A stretch of 56,758 nucleotides of DNA from Malacoraja senta (lineage: Eukaryota). The stretch covers positions 1-56,758 of the forward strand of contig JAXLNO010000115.1 of the NCBI GenBank assembly GCA_038087875.1, in the 5' to 3' direction. Under the pieces are notes generated by a model. That model was not told where the DNA came from and made no database searches. It saw only the letters and a program-made list of their open reading frames with translations. The position numbers and the translations under genes are program-made. Positions 37,901-49,153 of this stretch are shown in pieces; position 1 is the first letter of the stretch, and each line of letters starts with the position of its first letter.

Positions 37901-39033
37901 GTTTTGAAAATGCAAACGGTGGTTTGCTTTGAAAATGCAAAAGGTGATTTGCTTTGAAAATGCAAAAGGTGGTTTGCTTTGAAAATGCAAAAGGTGGTTT
38001 GCATTGAAAATGCAAAAGGTGGTTTGCTTTGAATAGGTGGTTTGCTTTGAAAATGCATAAGGTGGTTTGCTTTGAAAATGCAAAAGATGGTTTGCTTTGA
38101 AAATACATAAAGGTTTGCTTTGAAAATGCAAAAGGTGGTTTGTTTTGAAAATGCAGAAGGTGCTTTGTTTTGAAAATGCAAAAGGTGGTTTGCTTTGAAA
38201 ATGCAAAAGGTAGTTTGCTTTGAAAATGCAAAAGGTGGTTTGCTTTGAAAATGCAAAAGGTGGTTTGCGTTGAAAATGCAAAAGGTGGTTTGCTTTGAAA
38301 GGGTGGTTTGCTTTGAAAATGCAAAATGTTGTTTGTTTTGAAAATGCAAAAGGTGGTTTGTTTTGAAAATGCAAAAGGTGGTTTGCTTTGAAAATGCAAA
38401 AGGTGGTTTGCTTTGAAAATGCAAACGGTGGTTTGCTTTGAAAATGCAAAAGGTGGTTTGCTTTGAAAATGCGGAAAATGTTTTGCTTTGGAAATGCAAA
38501 AGGTGGTTTGTTTTGAAAATGCAGAAGGTGGTTCGTTTTGAAAATGCAGAAGGTGGTTTGTTTTGAAAATGCTAAAGATGGTTTGCTTTGAAAATGCAAA
38601 AGGTGGTTTGCTTTGAAAATTTAAAAGGTGGTTTGCTTTGAAAATGCAAAAGGTGGTTTGCTTTGAAAAGGTGGTTTGCTTTGAAAATGCATAAGGTGGT
38701 TTGCTTTGAAAATGCAAAAGATGGTTTGCTTTGAAAATACAAAAGGTCGTTTGCTCTGAAAAGGTTTGCTTTGAAAATGCAAAAGGTGGTTTGTTTTGAA
38801 AATGCAGAGGGTGGTTTGTTTTGAAAATGCAAAAGGTGGTTTGCTTTGAAAATGCAAAACGTGGTTTGCTTTGAAAATGCAAAAGGTGGTTTGCTTTGAA
38901 AATGCAAAGGCAAGTGAGGTTGCTTTTAAAATGCAAAGGCAAGTGCGTTTGGTTTGAAAATGCAAAGGCAAGTGCGGTTGCTTTGAAAATGCAAAGGCAA
39001 GTGCGGTTGCTTTGAAAATGCATAGGCAAGTGA

Positions 39034-39863
39034 TTCAAAATCAAATCTTGACCACTTCCTGTTTGCACTGTATATTGGTTTTAGAAAAATCACTTCCACT
39101 CACGGCTTCGATTTTTGGCCATATTACTCAGACCCCTCCAGCTGTCAGTGCCATAGTTGAAAAATATAAGACTTATAAATGTTTAAATAATGTTGAAATT
39201 CTCTCTCCTGTCAATCATGCCATGGAGGACACGCCCCATCCGGTGGGAGGGGGGGGACTATAAACCCGGAAGTGTGGACTTGCCACAGTCGCTGCAAGAT
39301 GGGGGAGGGAGAGTTCACGACTCTCAGTCTGAGCAGTGAATAAACTGATCACTGAACACATGTCCGCTAAACTGTGAGTGTGGTTTTATGTGCTTTTATG
39401 TGGTTTATTTGGAACTGTGTTTGGAAGGAATAAATGTTTTTACGTGCCATTTGAATGTGCTGCTAATTTAAAAGTGTGCCTTTTGACTGTGCCGCTAATT
39501 GAAAAGAGTGCCTTTTGACGGTGTCGCTAATTGAAAAGTGTGCCTCTTGACTGTGCCGCTAATTGAAAAGTGTGTCTTTTGTCGGTGCCGCTGATTGAAA
39601 ACTGTGCCTTTTGACGGTGCCGCTAATTGACAACTGTGCCCTTTGACTGTGTCGCTAAGCTGTGCCTATATTTTAAAATGTGATTTGCTTTATAAATGTG
39701 GCTTGCGTTTTAATGTGGCTTGCGTTTTAAATGTGGCTTGCTGTGCAACCGTTTTTGGAAGGAAAAACAGTGAATAAACGTTTTATTAGATCAGGACAGT
39801 GTTTAATGCAAAATTCCCGCATAATTGCCGCTCATTCCGTGACTTAGTGGAGAGATGGTGCTG
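39034..39863 (+). mobile_element. Helitron-related 5' segment, copy 1 within the satellite
   Basis: Starts atcttgaccacttcctgtttgcactgtatattggttttagaaaaa, matching 9233-9278 of Helitron B; contains ~7 copies of a 32-bp repeat. Confidence 0.75.
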
Positions 39864-40847
39864 AAAATGCAAAAGGTGGTTTGCTTTGAAAATGCAAAAG
39901 ATGGTTTGCTTTGAAAATACATAAAGGTTTGCTTTGAAAATGCAAAAGGTGGTTTGTTTTGAAAATGCAGAAGGTGCTTTGTTTTGAAAATGCAAAAGGT
40001 GGTTTGCTTTGAAAATGCAAAAGGTAGTTTGCTTTGAAAATGCAAAAGGTGGTTTGCTTTGAAAATGCAAAAGGTGGTTTGCGTTGAAAATGCAAAAGGT
40101 GGTTTGCTTTGAAAGGGTGGTTTGCTTTGAAAATGCAAAATGTTGTTTGTTTTGAAAATGCAAAAGGTGGTTTGTTTTGAAAATGCAAAAGGTGGTTTGC
40201 TTTGAAAATGCAAAAGGTGGTTTGCTTTGAAAATGCAAACGGTGGTTTGCTTTGAAAATGCAAAAGGTGGTTTGCTTTGAAAATGCGGAAAATGTTTTGC
40301 TTTGGAAATGCAAAAGGTGGTTTGTTTTGAAAATGCAGAAGGTGGTTCGTTTTGAAAATGCAGAAGGTGGTTTGTTTTGAAAATGCTAAAGATGGTTTGC
40401 TTTGAAAATGCAAAAGGTGGTTTGCTTTGAAAATTTAAAAGGTGGTTTGCTTTGAAAATGCAAAAGGTGGTTTGCTTTGAAAAGGTGGTTTGCTTTGAAA
40501 ATGCATAAGGTGGTTTGCTTTGAAAATGCAAAAGATGGTTTGCTTTGAAAATACAAAAGGTCGTTTGCTCTGAAAAGGTTTGCTTTGAAAATGCAAAAGG
40601 TGGTTTGTTTTGAAAATGCAGAGGGTGGTTTGTTTTGAAAATGCAAAAGGTGGTTTGCTTTGAAAATGCAAAACGTGGTTTGCTTTGAAAATGCAAAAGG
40701 TGGTTTGCTTTGAAAATGCAAAGGCAAGTGAGGTTGCTTTTAAAATGCAAAGGCAAGTGCGTTTGGTTTGAAAATGCAAAGGCAAGTGCGGTTGCTTTGA
40801 AAATGCAAAGGCAAGTGCGGTTGCTTTGAAAATGCATAGGCAAGTGA

Positions 40848-41677
40848 TTCAAAATCAAATCTTGACCACTTCCTGTTTGCACTGTATATTGGTTTTAGAA
40901 AAATCACTTCCACTCACGGCTTCGATTTTTGGCCATATTACTCAGACCCCTCCAGCTGTCAGTGCCATAGTTGAAAAATATAAGACTTATAAATGTTTAA
41001 ATAATGTTGAAATTCTCTCTCCTGTCAATCATGCCATGGAGGACACGCCCCATCCGGTGGGAGGGGGGGGACTATAAACCCGGAAGTGTGGACTTGCCAC
41101 AGTCGCTGCAAGATGGGGGAGGGAGAGTTCACGACTCTCAGTCTGAGCAGTGAATAAACTGATCACTGAACACATGTCCGCTAAACTGTGAGTGTGGTTT
41201 TATGTGCTTTTATGTGGTTTATTTGGAACTGTGTTTGGAAGGAATAAATGTTTTTACGTGCCATTTGAATGTGCTGCTAATTTAAAAGTGTGCCTTTTGA
41301 CTGTGCCGCTAATTGAAAAGAGTGCCTTTTGACGGTGTCGCTAATTGAAAAGTGTGCCTCTTGACTGTGCCGCTAATTGAAAAGTGTGTCTTTTGTCGGT
41401 GCCGCTGATTGAAAACTGTGCCTTTTGACGGTGCCGCTAATTGACAACTGTGCCCTTTGACTGTGTCGCTAAGCTGTGCCTATATTTTAAAATGTGATTT
41501 GCTTTATAAATGTGGCTTGCGTTTTAATGTGGCTTGCGTTTTAAATGTGGCTTGCTGTGCAACCGTTTTTGGAAGGAAAAACAGTGAATAAACGTTTTAT
41601 TAGATCAGGACAGTGTTTAATGCAAAATTCCCGCATAATTGCCGCTCATTCCGTGACTTAGTGGAGAGATGGTGCTG
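40848..41677 (+). mobile_element. Helitron-related 5' segment, copy 2
   Basis: Offset of 1814 bp from copy 1 and apparently identical (ORFs at 39012 and 40826 translate identically). Confidence 0.75.
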
Positions 41678-42246
41678 AAAATGCAAAAGGTGGATTGTTT
41701 TGAAAATGCTAAAGGTGGTTTGCTTTGAAAATGCAAAAGGTGGTTTGCTTTGAAAATGCAAAAGGTGGTTTGGTTTGAAAATGCAAAATGTGGTTTGCTT
41801 TGAAAAGGTGGTTTGCTTTGAAAATGCAAAAGATGGTTGGCTTTGAAAATGCAAAAAGGTTTGCTTTGAAAATGCAAAAGATTGTTTGTTTTGAAAATGC
41901 AAATGGTGGTTCGCTTTGAAAAGGTGGTTTGCTTTGAAAATGCAAAAGGTGGTTTGCTTTGAAAATGCAAAAGGTGGTTTGCTTTGAAAATGCAAAAGGT
42001 GGTTTGCTTTGAAAATACAAAATGTGCTTTGCTTTGAAAATGCAAAAGGTGGTTTGCTTTGAAAATGCAAAAGGTGGTTTGCCATGAAAATGCAAAAGGT
42101 GATTTGCTTTGAAAATGCAACGGCAAGTGAGGTTGCTTTTAAAATGTAAAGGCAAGTGCGTTTGGTTTGAAAATGCAAAGGCAAGTGCGGTTGCTTTGAA
42201 AATGCAAAGGCAAGTGCGGTTGCTTTGAAAATGCATAGGCAAGTGA

Positions 42247-42982
42247 TTCAAAGTCAAATCTTGACCACTTCCTGTTTGCACTGTATATTGGTTTTAGAAA
42301 AATCACTTCCACTCACGGCTTCGATTTTTGGCCATATTACTCAGTCCCCCTCCAGCTGTCAGGGCCATAGATGAAAAATATAAGACTTATAAATGTTTAA
42401 ATAATGTTGAAATTCTCTCTCCTTTCAATCATGCCATAGAGGACACGCCCCATCCGGTGGGAGGGGGGGGGACTATAAACCCGGAAGTGTGGACTTGCCA
42501 CAGTCGCTGCAAGATGGGGGAGGGAGAGTTCATGACTCTCAGTCTGAGCAGTGAATAAACTGATCACTGAACACATGTCCCCTAAACTGTGAGTGTGGTT
42601 TTATGTGCTTTTATGTGGTTTATTTGGAACTGTGTTTGGAAGGAATAAATGTTTTTACGTGCCTTTTGAATGTGCCGCTAATTGAAAAGAGGGCCTTTTG
42701 ACGGTGTCGCTAATTGAAAAGTGTGCCTCTTGACTCTGCCGCTAATTGAAAACTGTGCCTTTTGACTGTGCCGCGAAGCTGTGCCTATATTTTAAAATGT
42801 GATTTGCTTTATAAATGTGGCTTGCGTTTTAATGTGGCTTGCGTTTTAAATGTGGCTTGCTGTGCAACCGTTTTTGGAAGGAAAAACAGTGAATAAACGT
42901 TTTATTAGATCAGGACTGTGTTTAATGCTAAATTCCCGCAAAATTGCCGCTCATTCCGTGACTTAGTGGAGAGATGGTGCTG
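42247..42982 (+). mobile_element. Helitron-related 5' segment, copy 3
   Basis: Same segment with substitutions and fewer 32-bp repeats. Confidence 0.75.
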
Positions 42983-45900
42983 AAAATGCAAAAGGTGGTT
43001 TGTTTTGAAAATGCAAAAGGTGGTTTGCTTTGAAAATGCAAAAGGTGGTTTGCTTTGAAAAAGCAAAAGGTGGTTTGGTTTGAAAATGCAAAATGTGGTT
43101 TGCTTTGAAAAGGTGGTTTGCTTTGAAAATGCGTAAGGTGGTTTGCTTTGAAAATGCAAAAGATGGTTGGCTTTGAAAATGCAAAAAGGTTTGCTTTGAA
43201 AATGCAAAAGATGGTTTGCTTTGAAAATGCAAATGGTGGTTCGCTTTGAAAAGGTGGTTTGCTTTGAAAATGCATAAGGTGGTTTGCTTTGAAAATATAA
43301 AAGGTGGTTCGCTTTGAAATTGCAAAAAGTGGTTTGCTTTGAAAATGCAAAAGGTGGTTTGCTTTAAAAATGCAAAAGGTGGTTTGCTTTGAAAATGCAA
43401 AAGGTGGTTTGCTTTGAAAATACAAAATGTGCTTTGCTTTGAAAATGCAAAAGGTGATTTGCTTTGAAAATGCAAAAGGTGGTTTGCCATGAAAATGCAA
43501 AAGGTGGTTTGCTTAGAATATGTGGTTTGCTTTGAAAATGCATAAGGTGGTTTTCATTGAAAAAGCATAACGTTGTTTGCTTTGAAATTGCACAAAGTGG
43601 TTTGCTTTGAAAATGCAAAACGTGGTTTGCTTTGAAATGCAAAAGGTGGTTTGCTTTGAAAATTCAAACGTGGTTTGCTTTGAAAATTGAAAAGGTGGTT
43701 TGCTTTGAAAATGCAAAAGGTGGTTTGCTGTTTGCATTGAAAATGCAAAAGGTGTTTTAGTTTGAAAATGCAAAAGGTGGTTTGCTTTGAAAATGCAAAA
43801 GGTGATTTGCTTTGAAAATGCTAAATGTGGTTTGCTTTGAAAATGCAAAAAGTGGTTTGTTTTGAAAATGCAAAAGGTGGTTTGCTGGTTTGCATTGAAA
43901 ATGCAAAAGGTGGTTTACTTTGAAAATGCAAAAGGTGGTGGTCTTTGAAAATGCAAAAGGTGATTTGCTTTGAAAATGCAAAAGGTCGTTTGCTTTGAAA
44001 GTGCAAAAGGTAGTTTGCTTTGAAAATGTTAAAGGGGGTTTGCTTTGAAAATGCAAAAATGTGGTTTGCTTGGAAAATGCAAAAGGTGGTTTGCTTTGAA
44101 AATGCTAAAACTGGTTTGCTTTGAAAATGCAAAAGGTGCTTTGCTTTTAAATTACAAAAGGTGGTTTGCTTTGAAAATGCAAAAGCTGGTTTGTTTTGAA
44201 AATGCGAAAAAAAATTGCTTTGAAAATGCAAAATGTGGTTTCTTTGAAAATGCCAAAGGTGGTTTGTATTGAAAATACAAAAGGTGGTTTGTTTTGAAAA
44301 TGCAAAAGGTGGGTTGCTTTGAAAATGCAAAAGGTGGTTTGCTTTGAAAATGCAAAAGGTGGTTTGTTTTGAAAATGCAAAAGGTGGTTTGTTTTGAAAA
44401 TGCCAAAGGTGGTTTGCTTTGAAAATGCAAAAGGTGGTTTGCTTTGAAAATGCAAAAGGTGGTTTGCTTTGAAAATGCGAAAAATGTTTTGCTTTGGAAA
44501 TTCAAAAGGTGGTTTGTTTTGAAAATGCAGAAGGTGGTTTGTTTTGAAAATGCAGAAGGTGGTTTGTTTTGAAAATGCAAAAGGTGGTTTGCTTTGAAAA
44601 GGTGGTTTGTTTTGAAAATGCAAAAGATGGTTTGCGTTGAAAATGCAAAAGGTGGTTTGCTTTGAAAATGCAAAAGATGGTTTGCTTTGAAAATACATAA
44701 AGGTTTGCTTTGAAAATGCAAAAGGTGGTTTGTTTTGAAAATGCAGAGGGTGGTTTGTTTTGAAAATGCAAAAGGTGGTTTGCTTTGAAAATGCAAAACG
44801 TGGTTTGCTTTGAAAATGCAAAAGGTGGTTTGCTTTGAAAATGCAAAAGGTGGTTTGCCATGAAAATGCAAAAGGTGGTTTGCTTAGAATATGTGGTTTG
44901 CTTTGAAAATGCATAAGGTGGTTTTCATTGAAAAAGCATAACGTTGTTTGCTTTGAAATTGCACAAAGTGGTTTGCTTTGAAAATGCAAAACGTGGTTTG
45001 CTTTGAAATGCAAAAGGTGGTTTGCTTTGAAAATTCAAACGTGGTTTGCTTTGAAAATTGAAAAGGTGGTTTGCTTTGAAAATGCAAAAGGTGGTTTGCT
45101 GTTTGCATTGAAAATGCAAAAGGTGTTTTAGTTTGAAAATGCAAAAGGTGGTTTGCTTTGAAAATGCAAAAGGTGATTTGCTTTGAAAATGCTAAATGTG
45201 GTTTGCTTTGAAAATGCAAAAAGTGGTTTGTTTTGAAAATGCAAAAGGTGGTTTGCTGGTTTGCATTGAAAATGCAAAAGGTGGTTTACTTTGAAAATGC
45301 AAAAGGTGGTGGTCTTTGAAAATGCAAAAGGTGATTTGCTTTGAAAATGCAAAAGGTCGTTTGCTTTGAAAGTGCAAAAGGTAGTTTGCTTTGAAAATGT
45401 TAAAGGGGGTTTGCTTTGAAAATGCAAAAATGTGGTTTGCTTGGAAAATGCAAAAGGTGGTTTGCTTTGAAAATGCTAAAACTGGTTTGCTTTGAAAATG
45501 CAAAAGGTGCTTTGCTTTTAAATTACAAAAGGTGGTTTGCTTTGAAAATGCAAAAGCTGGTTTGTTTTGAAAATGCGAATAAAAATTGCTTTGAAAATGC
45601 AAAATGTGGTTTCTTTGAAAATGCCAAAGGTGGTTTGTATTGAAAATACAAAAGGTGGTTTGCTTTGAAAATGCAAAAGGTGGTTTGCCATGAAAATGCA
45701 AAAGGTGGTTTGCTTAGAATATGTGGTTTGCTTTGAAAATGCATAAGGTGGTTTTCATTGAAAAAGCATAACGTTGTTTGCTTTGAAATTGCACAAAGTG
45801 GTTTGCTTTGAAAATGCAAAACGTGGTTTGCTTTGAAATGCAAAAGGTGGTTTGCTTTGAAAATTCAAACGTGGTTTGCTTTGAAAATTGAAAAGGTGGT

Positions 45901-48045
45901 TTGCTTTGAAAATGCAAAAGGTGGTTTGCTGTTTGCATTGAAAATGCAAAAGGTGTTTTAGTTTGAAAATGCAAAAGGTGGTTTGCTTTGAAAATGCAAA
46001 AGGTGATTTGCTTTGAAAATGCTAAATGTGGTTTGCTTTGAAAATGCAAAAAGTGGTTTGTTTTGAAAATGCAAAAGGTGGTTTGCTGGTTTGCATTGAA
46101 AATGCAAAAGGTGGTTTACTTTGAAAATGCAAAAGGTGGTGGTCTTTGAAAATGCAAAAGGTGATTTGCTTTGAAAATGCAAAAGGTCGTTTGCTTTGAA
46201 AGTGCAAAAGGTAGTTTGCTTTGAAAATGTTAAAGGGGGTTTGCTTTGAAAATGCAAAAATGTGGTTTGCTTGGAAAATGCAAAAGGTGGTTTGCTTTGA
46301 AAATGCTAAAACTGGTTTGCTTTGAAAATGCAAAAGATGCTTTGCTTTTAAATTACAAAAGGTGGTTTGCTTTGAAAATGCAAAAGCTGGTTTGTTTTGA
46401 AAATGCGAAAAAAAATTGCTTTGAAAATGCAAAATGTGGTTTCTTTGAAAATGCCAAAGGTGGTTTGTATTGAAAATACAAAAGGTGGTTTGTTTTGAAA
46501 ATGCAAAAGGTGGGTTGCTTTGAAAATGCAAAAGGTGGTTTGCTTTGAAAATGCAAAAGGTGGTTTGTTTTGAAAATGCAAAAGGTGGTTTGTTTTGAAA
46601 ATGCCAAAGGTGGTTTGCTTTGAAAATGCAAAAGGTGGTTTGCTTTGAAAATGCAAAAGGTGGTTTGCTTTGAAAATGCGAAAAATGTTTTGCTTTGGAA
46701 ATTCAAAAGGTGGTTTGTTTTGAAAATGCAGAAGGTGGTTTGTTTTGAAAATGCAGAAGGTGGTTTGTTTTGAAAATGCAAAAGGTGGTTTGCTTTGAAA
46801 AGGTGGTTTGTTTTGAAAATGCAAAAGATGGTTTGCGTTGAAAATGCAAAAGGTGGTTTGCTTTGAAAATGCAAAAGATGGTTTGCTTTGAAAATACATA
46901 AAGGTTTGCTTTGAAAATGCAAAAGGTGGTTTGTTTTGAAAATGCAGAGGGTGGTTTGTTTTGAAAATGCAAAAGGTGGTTTGCTTTGAAAATGCAAAAC
47001 GTGGTTTGCTTTGAAAATGCAAAAGGTGGTTTGCTTTGAAAATGCAAAGGCAAGTGAGGTTGCTTTTAAAATGCAAAGGCAAGTGCGGTTGCTTTGAAAA
47101 TGCAAAGGCAAGTGCGGTTGCTTTGAAAATGCATAGGCAAGTGATTCAAAGTCAAATCTTGACCACTTCCTGTTTGCACTGTATATTGGTTTTAGAAAAA
47201 TCACTTCCACGCACGGCTTCGATTTTTGGCCATATTACTCAGTCCCCCTCCAGCTGTCAGGGCCATAGATGAAAAATATAAGACTTATTAATGTTTAAAT
47301 AATGTTGAAATTCTCTCTCCTGTCAATCATGCCATGGAGGACACGCCCCATCCGGTGGGAGGGGGAGGGACTATAAACCCGGAAGTGTGGAATTGCCGCA
47401 GTCGCTGCAAGATGGGGGAGGGAGAGTTCACGACTCTCAGTCTGAGCAGTGAATAAACTGATCACTGAACACATGTCCCCTAAACTGTGAGTGTGGTTTT
47501 ATGTGCTTTTATGTGGTTTATTTGGAACTGTGTTTGGAAGGAATAAATGTTTTTACGTGCCTTTTGACTGTGCCTCTAATTTAAAAGTGTGCCTTTTGAC
47601 TGCCGCTAATTGAAGAGTGCCTTTTGACGGTGTCGCTAATTGAAAAGTGTGCCTCTTGACTGTGCCGCTAATTGAAGAGTGCCTTTTGACGGTGCCGCTA
47701 ATTGAAAACTGTGCCCTTTGACTGTGCTGCTAAGCTGTGTCTATATTTTAAAATGTGATTTGCTTTATAAATGTGGCTTGCGTTTTAAATGTGGCTTGCT
47801 GTGCAACCATTTTTGGAAGGAAAAACAGTGAATAAACGTTTTATTAGATCAGGACTGTGTTTAATGCAAAATTGCCGCTCATTCCGTGACTTAGTGGAGA
47901 GATGGTGCTGATTGCGTCATTTCTGGTGAGTTCAGAGGTGGCGCTCAGTGCGGAAGGGTCAAGTGGAGACACCGCCCTGAACCGTTAGTAACAGGATTCA
48001 GTATGGTTAACACATTCTGAAGTTACTTGGCATTTTATTTTTCAT

Positions 48046-48132
48046 TGTGTCTTGTGTGTGTGTGTCTGTGTTTGTGTGTCTTTATTTGTGTGAGTGTGTG
48101 TGTGTGTCTGTGTTTGTTTGTGTGTGTGTGTC

Positions 48133-48171
<39 letters not shown>

Positions 48172-48285
48172 GTGTGTGTGTGTGTGTGTGTGTGTGTCTT
48201 TCTGTTTGTGTGTGTGTGTGTGTGGTGTGTGTGTGTGTGTGTGTGTCTTTGTGTTTGTGTCTGTGTGTGTGTGTGTGTGTGTGTC

Positions 48286-48319
<34 letters not shown>

Positions 48320-48341
48320 TTTGTGTTTGTGTGTGTGTGTG

Positions 48342-48387
<46 letters not shown>

Positions 48388-48689
48388 GTGTGTGTGTCCC
48401 TGTGTGTGTGTCCCTGTGTGTGTGTCCCTGTGTGTGTGTCCCTGTGTGTCTCTCTGTGTGTGTGTGTGTGTCTCTGTGTGTGTGTGTGTGTGTTTTTGTG
48501 TGTATGTGTTCCTGTGTGTGTCCCTGTGTGTGTCCCTGTGTGTGTGTCCCTGTGTGTCTCTCTGTGTGTGCCTCGCTGTGTGTGTCTGTGTGTGTGTGTG
48601 TTCCGTGTGTGTGTTTCTGTGTGTTTGTCTCTGTGTGTGTGCTCTGTGTGTGTGTTTGTGTATGTGTGTGTCCCTATGTGTGTGTCTCT
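48046..48689. repeat. Degenerate (GT)n microsatellite with tccc interruptions
   Basis: Direct inspection. Confidence 0.95.
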
Positions 48690-49153
48690 GTTGGAGTGCT
48701 TGGAGTGCTGTGAGGTTGTGCTGCCTGGACTTGCTGGGCGCACTCTGCCTGTTGCTGCTGTGAGGTTGAGTTGGACTTGCTTCCTGCACTGTGCTTGGAG
48801 TGCTGTGAAGTTGGACTTGCTGCCTGCACTGTGCTTGGAGTGCTGTGAGGTTGGACTTGTTGCATGCACTGTGCTTGGAGTGCTGTGAGGTTGGACTTGC
48901 TGCCTGCACTCTGCTTGGAGTGCTGTGAGGTTGGACTTGCTGCCTGCACTCTGCTTGGAGTGCTGTCTGGTTGGACTTGCTGCCTGCACTGTGCTTGGAG
49001 TGCTGTGAGGTTGGACTTGCTGCCTGCACTGTGCTTGGAGTGCTGTGAGGTTGGACTTGCTGCCTGCACTTGGTCCTGCTTGGAGTGCTGTGAGGTTGGA
49101 CTTGCTGCCTGCACTCTGCTTGGAGTGCTGTGAGGTTGGACTTGCTGCCTGCA
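48690..49153. repeat. 40-bp minisatellite GGAGTGCTGTGAGGTTGGACTTGCTGCCTGCACT(G/C)TGCTT (~10 copies)
   Basis: Direct inspection; related to the ~41-bp repeat at ~9400-9505. Confidence 0.9.

Larger units (their letters stand above)
16976..47144. repeat. Large satellite array, 25-bp unit GGTGGTTTGCTTTGAAAATGCAAAA (~1,100 copies), with irregular higher-order blocks
   Basis: Direct inspection; the minus strand yields the 25-aa period FAFSKQTTFCIFKANHLLHFQSKPP (3 units). Interrupted by three non-satellite spacers. Confidence 0.97.

Noticed and set aside
39012..39263. Repeated 76-83 aa ORFs in the spacers
   Set aside because: Non-ATG or satellite-derived starts, frame not kept across the four copies, no domain similarity.
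16976..47144. CRISPR-like array or canonical centromere
   Set aside because: Monomers are contiguous with no unique spacers, there are no cas genes and the DNA is eukaryotic. No CENP-B box was seen, and proximity to a CENPK-like fragment is not evidence of centromere function.
16924..47210. Many long minus-strand ORFs (up to 534 aa) with a 25-aa period
   Set aside because: The 25-bp consensus lacks stops on that strand in all frames; ORFs overlap in three frames and break at random indels. No coding evidence.
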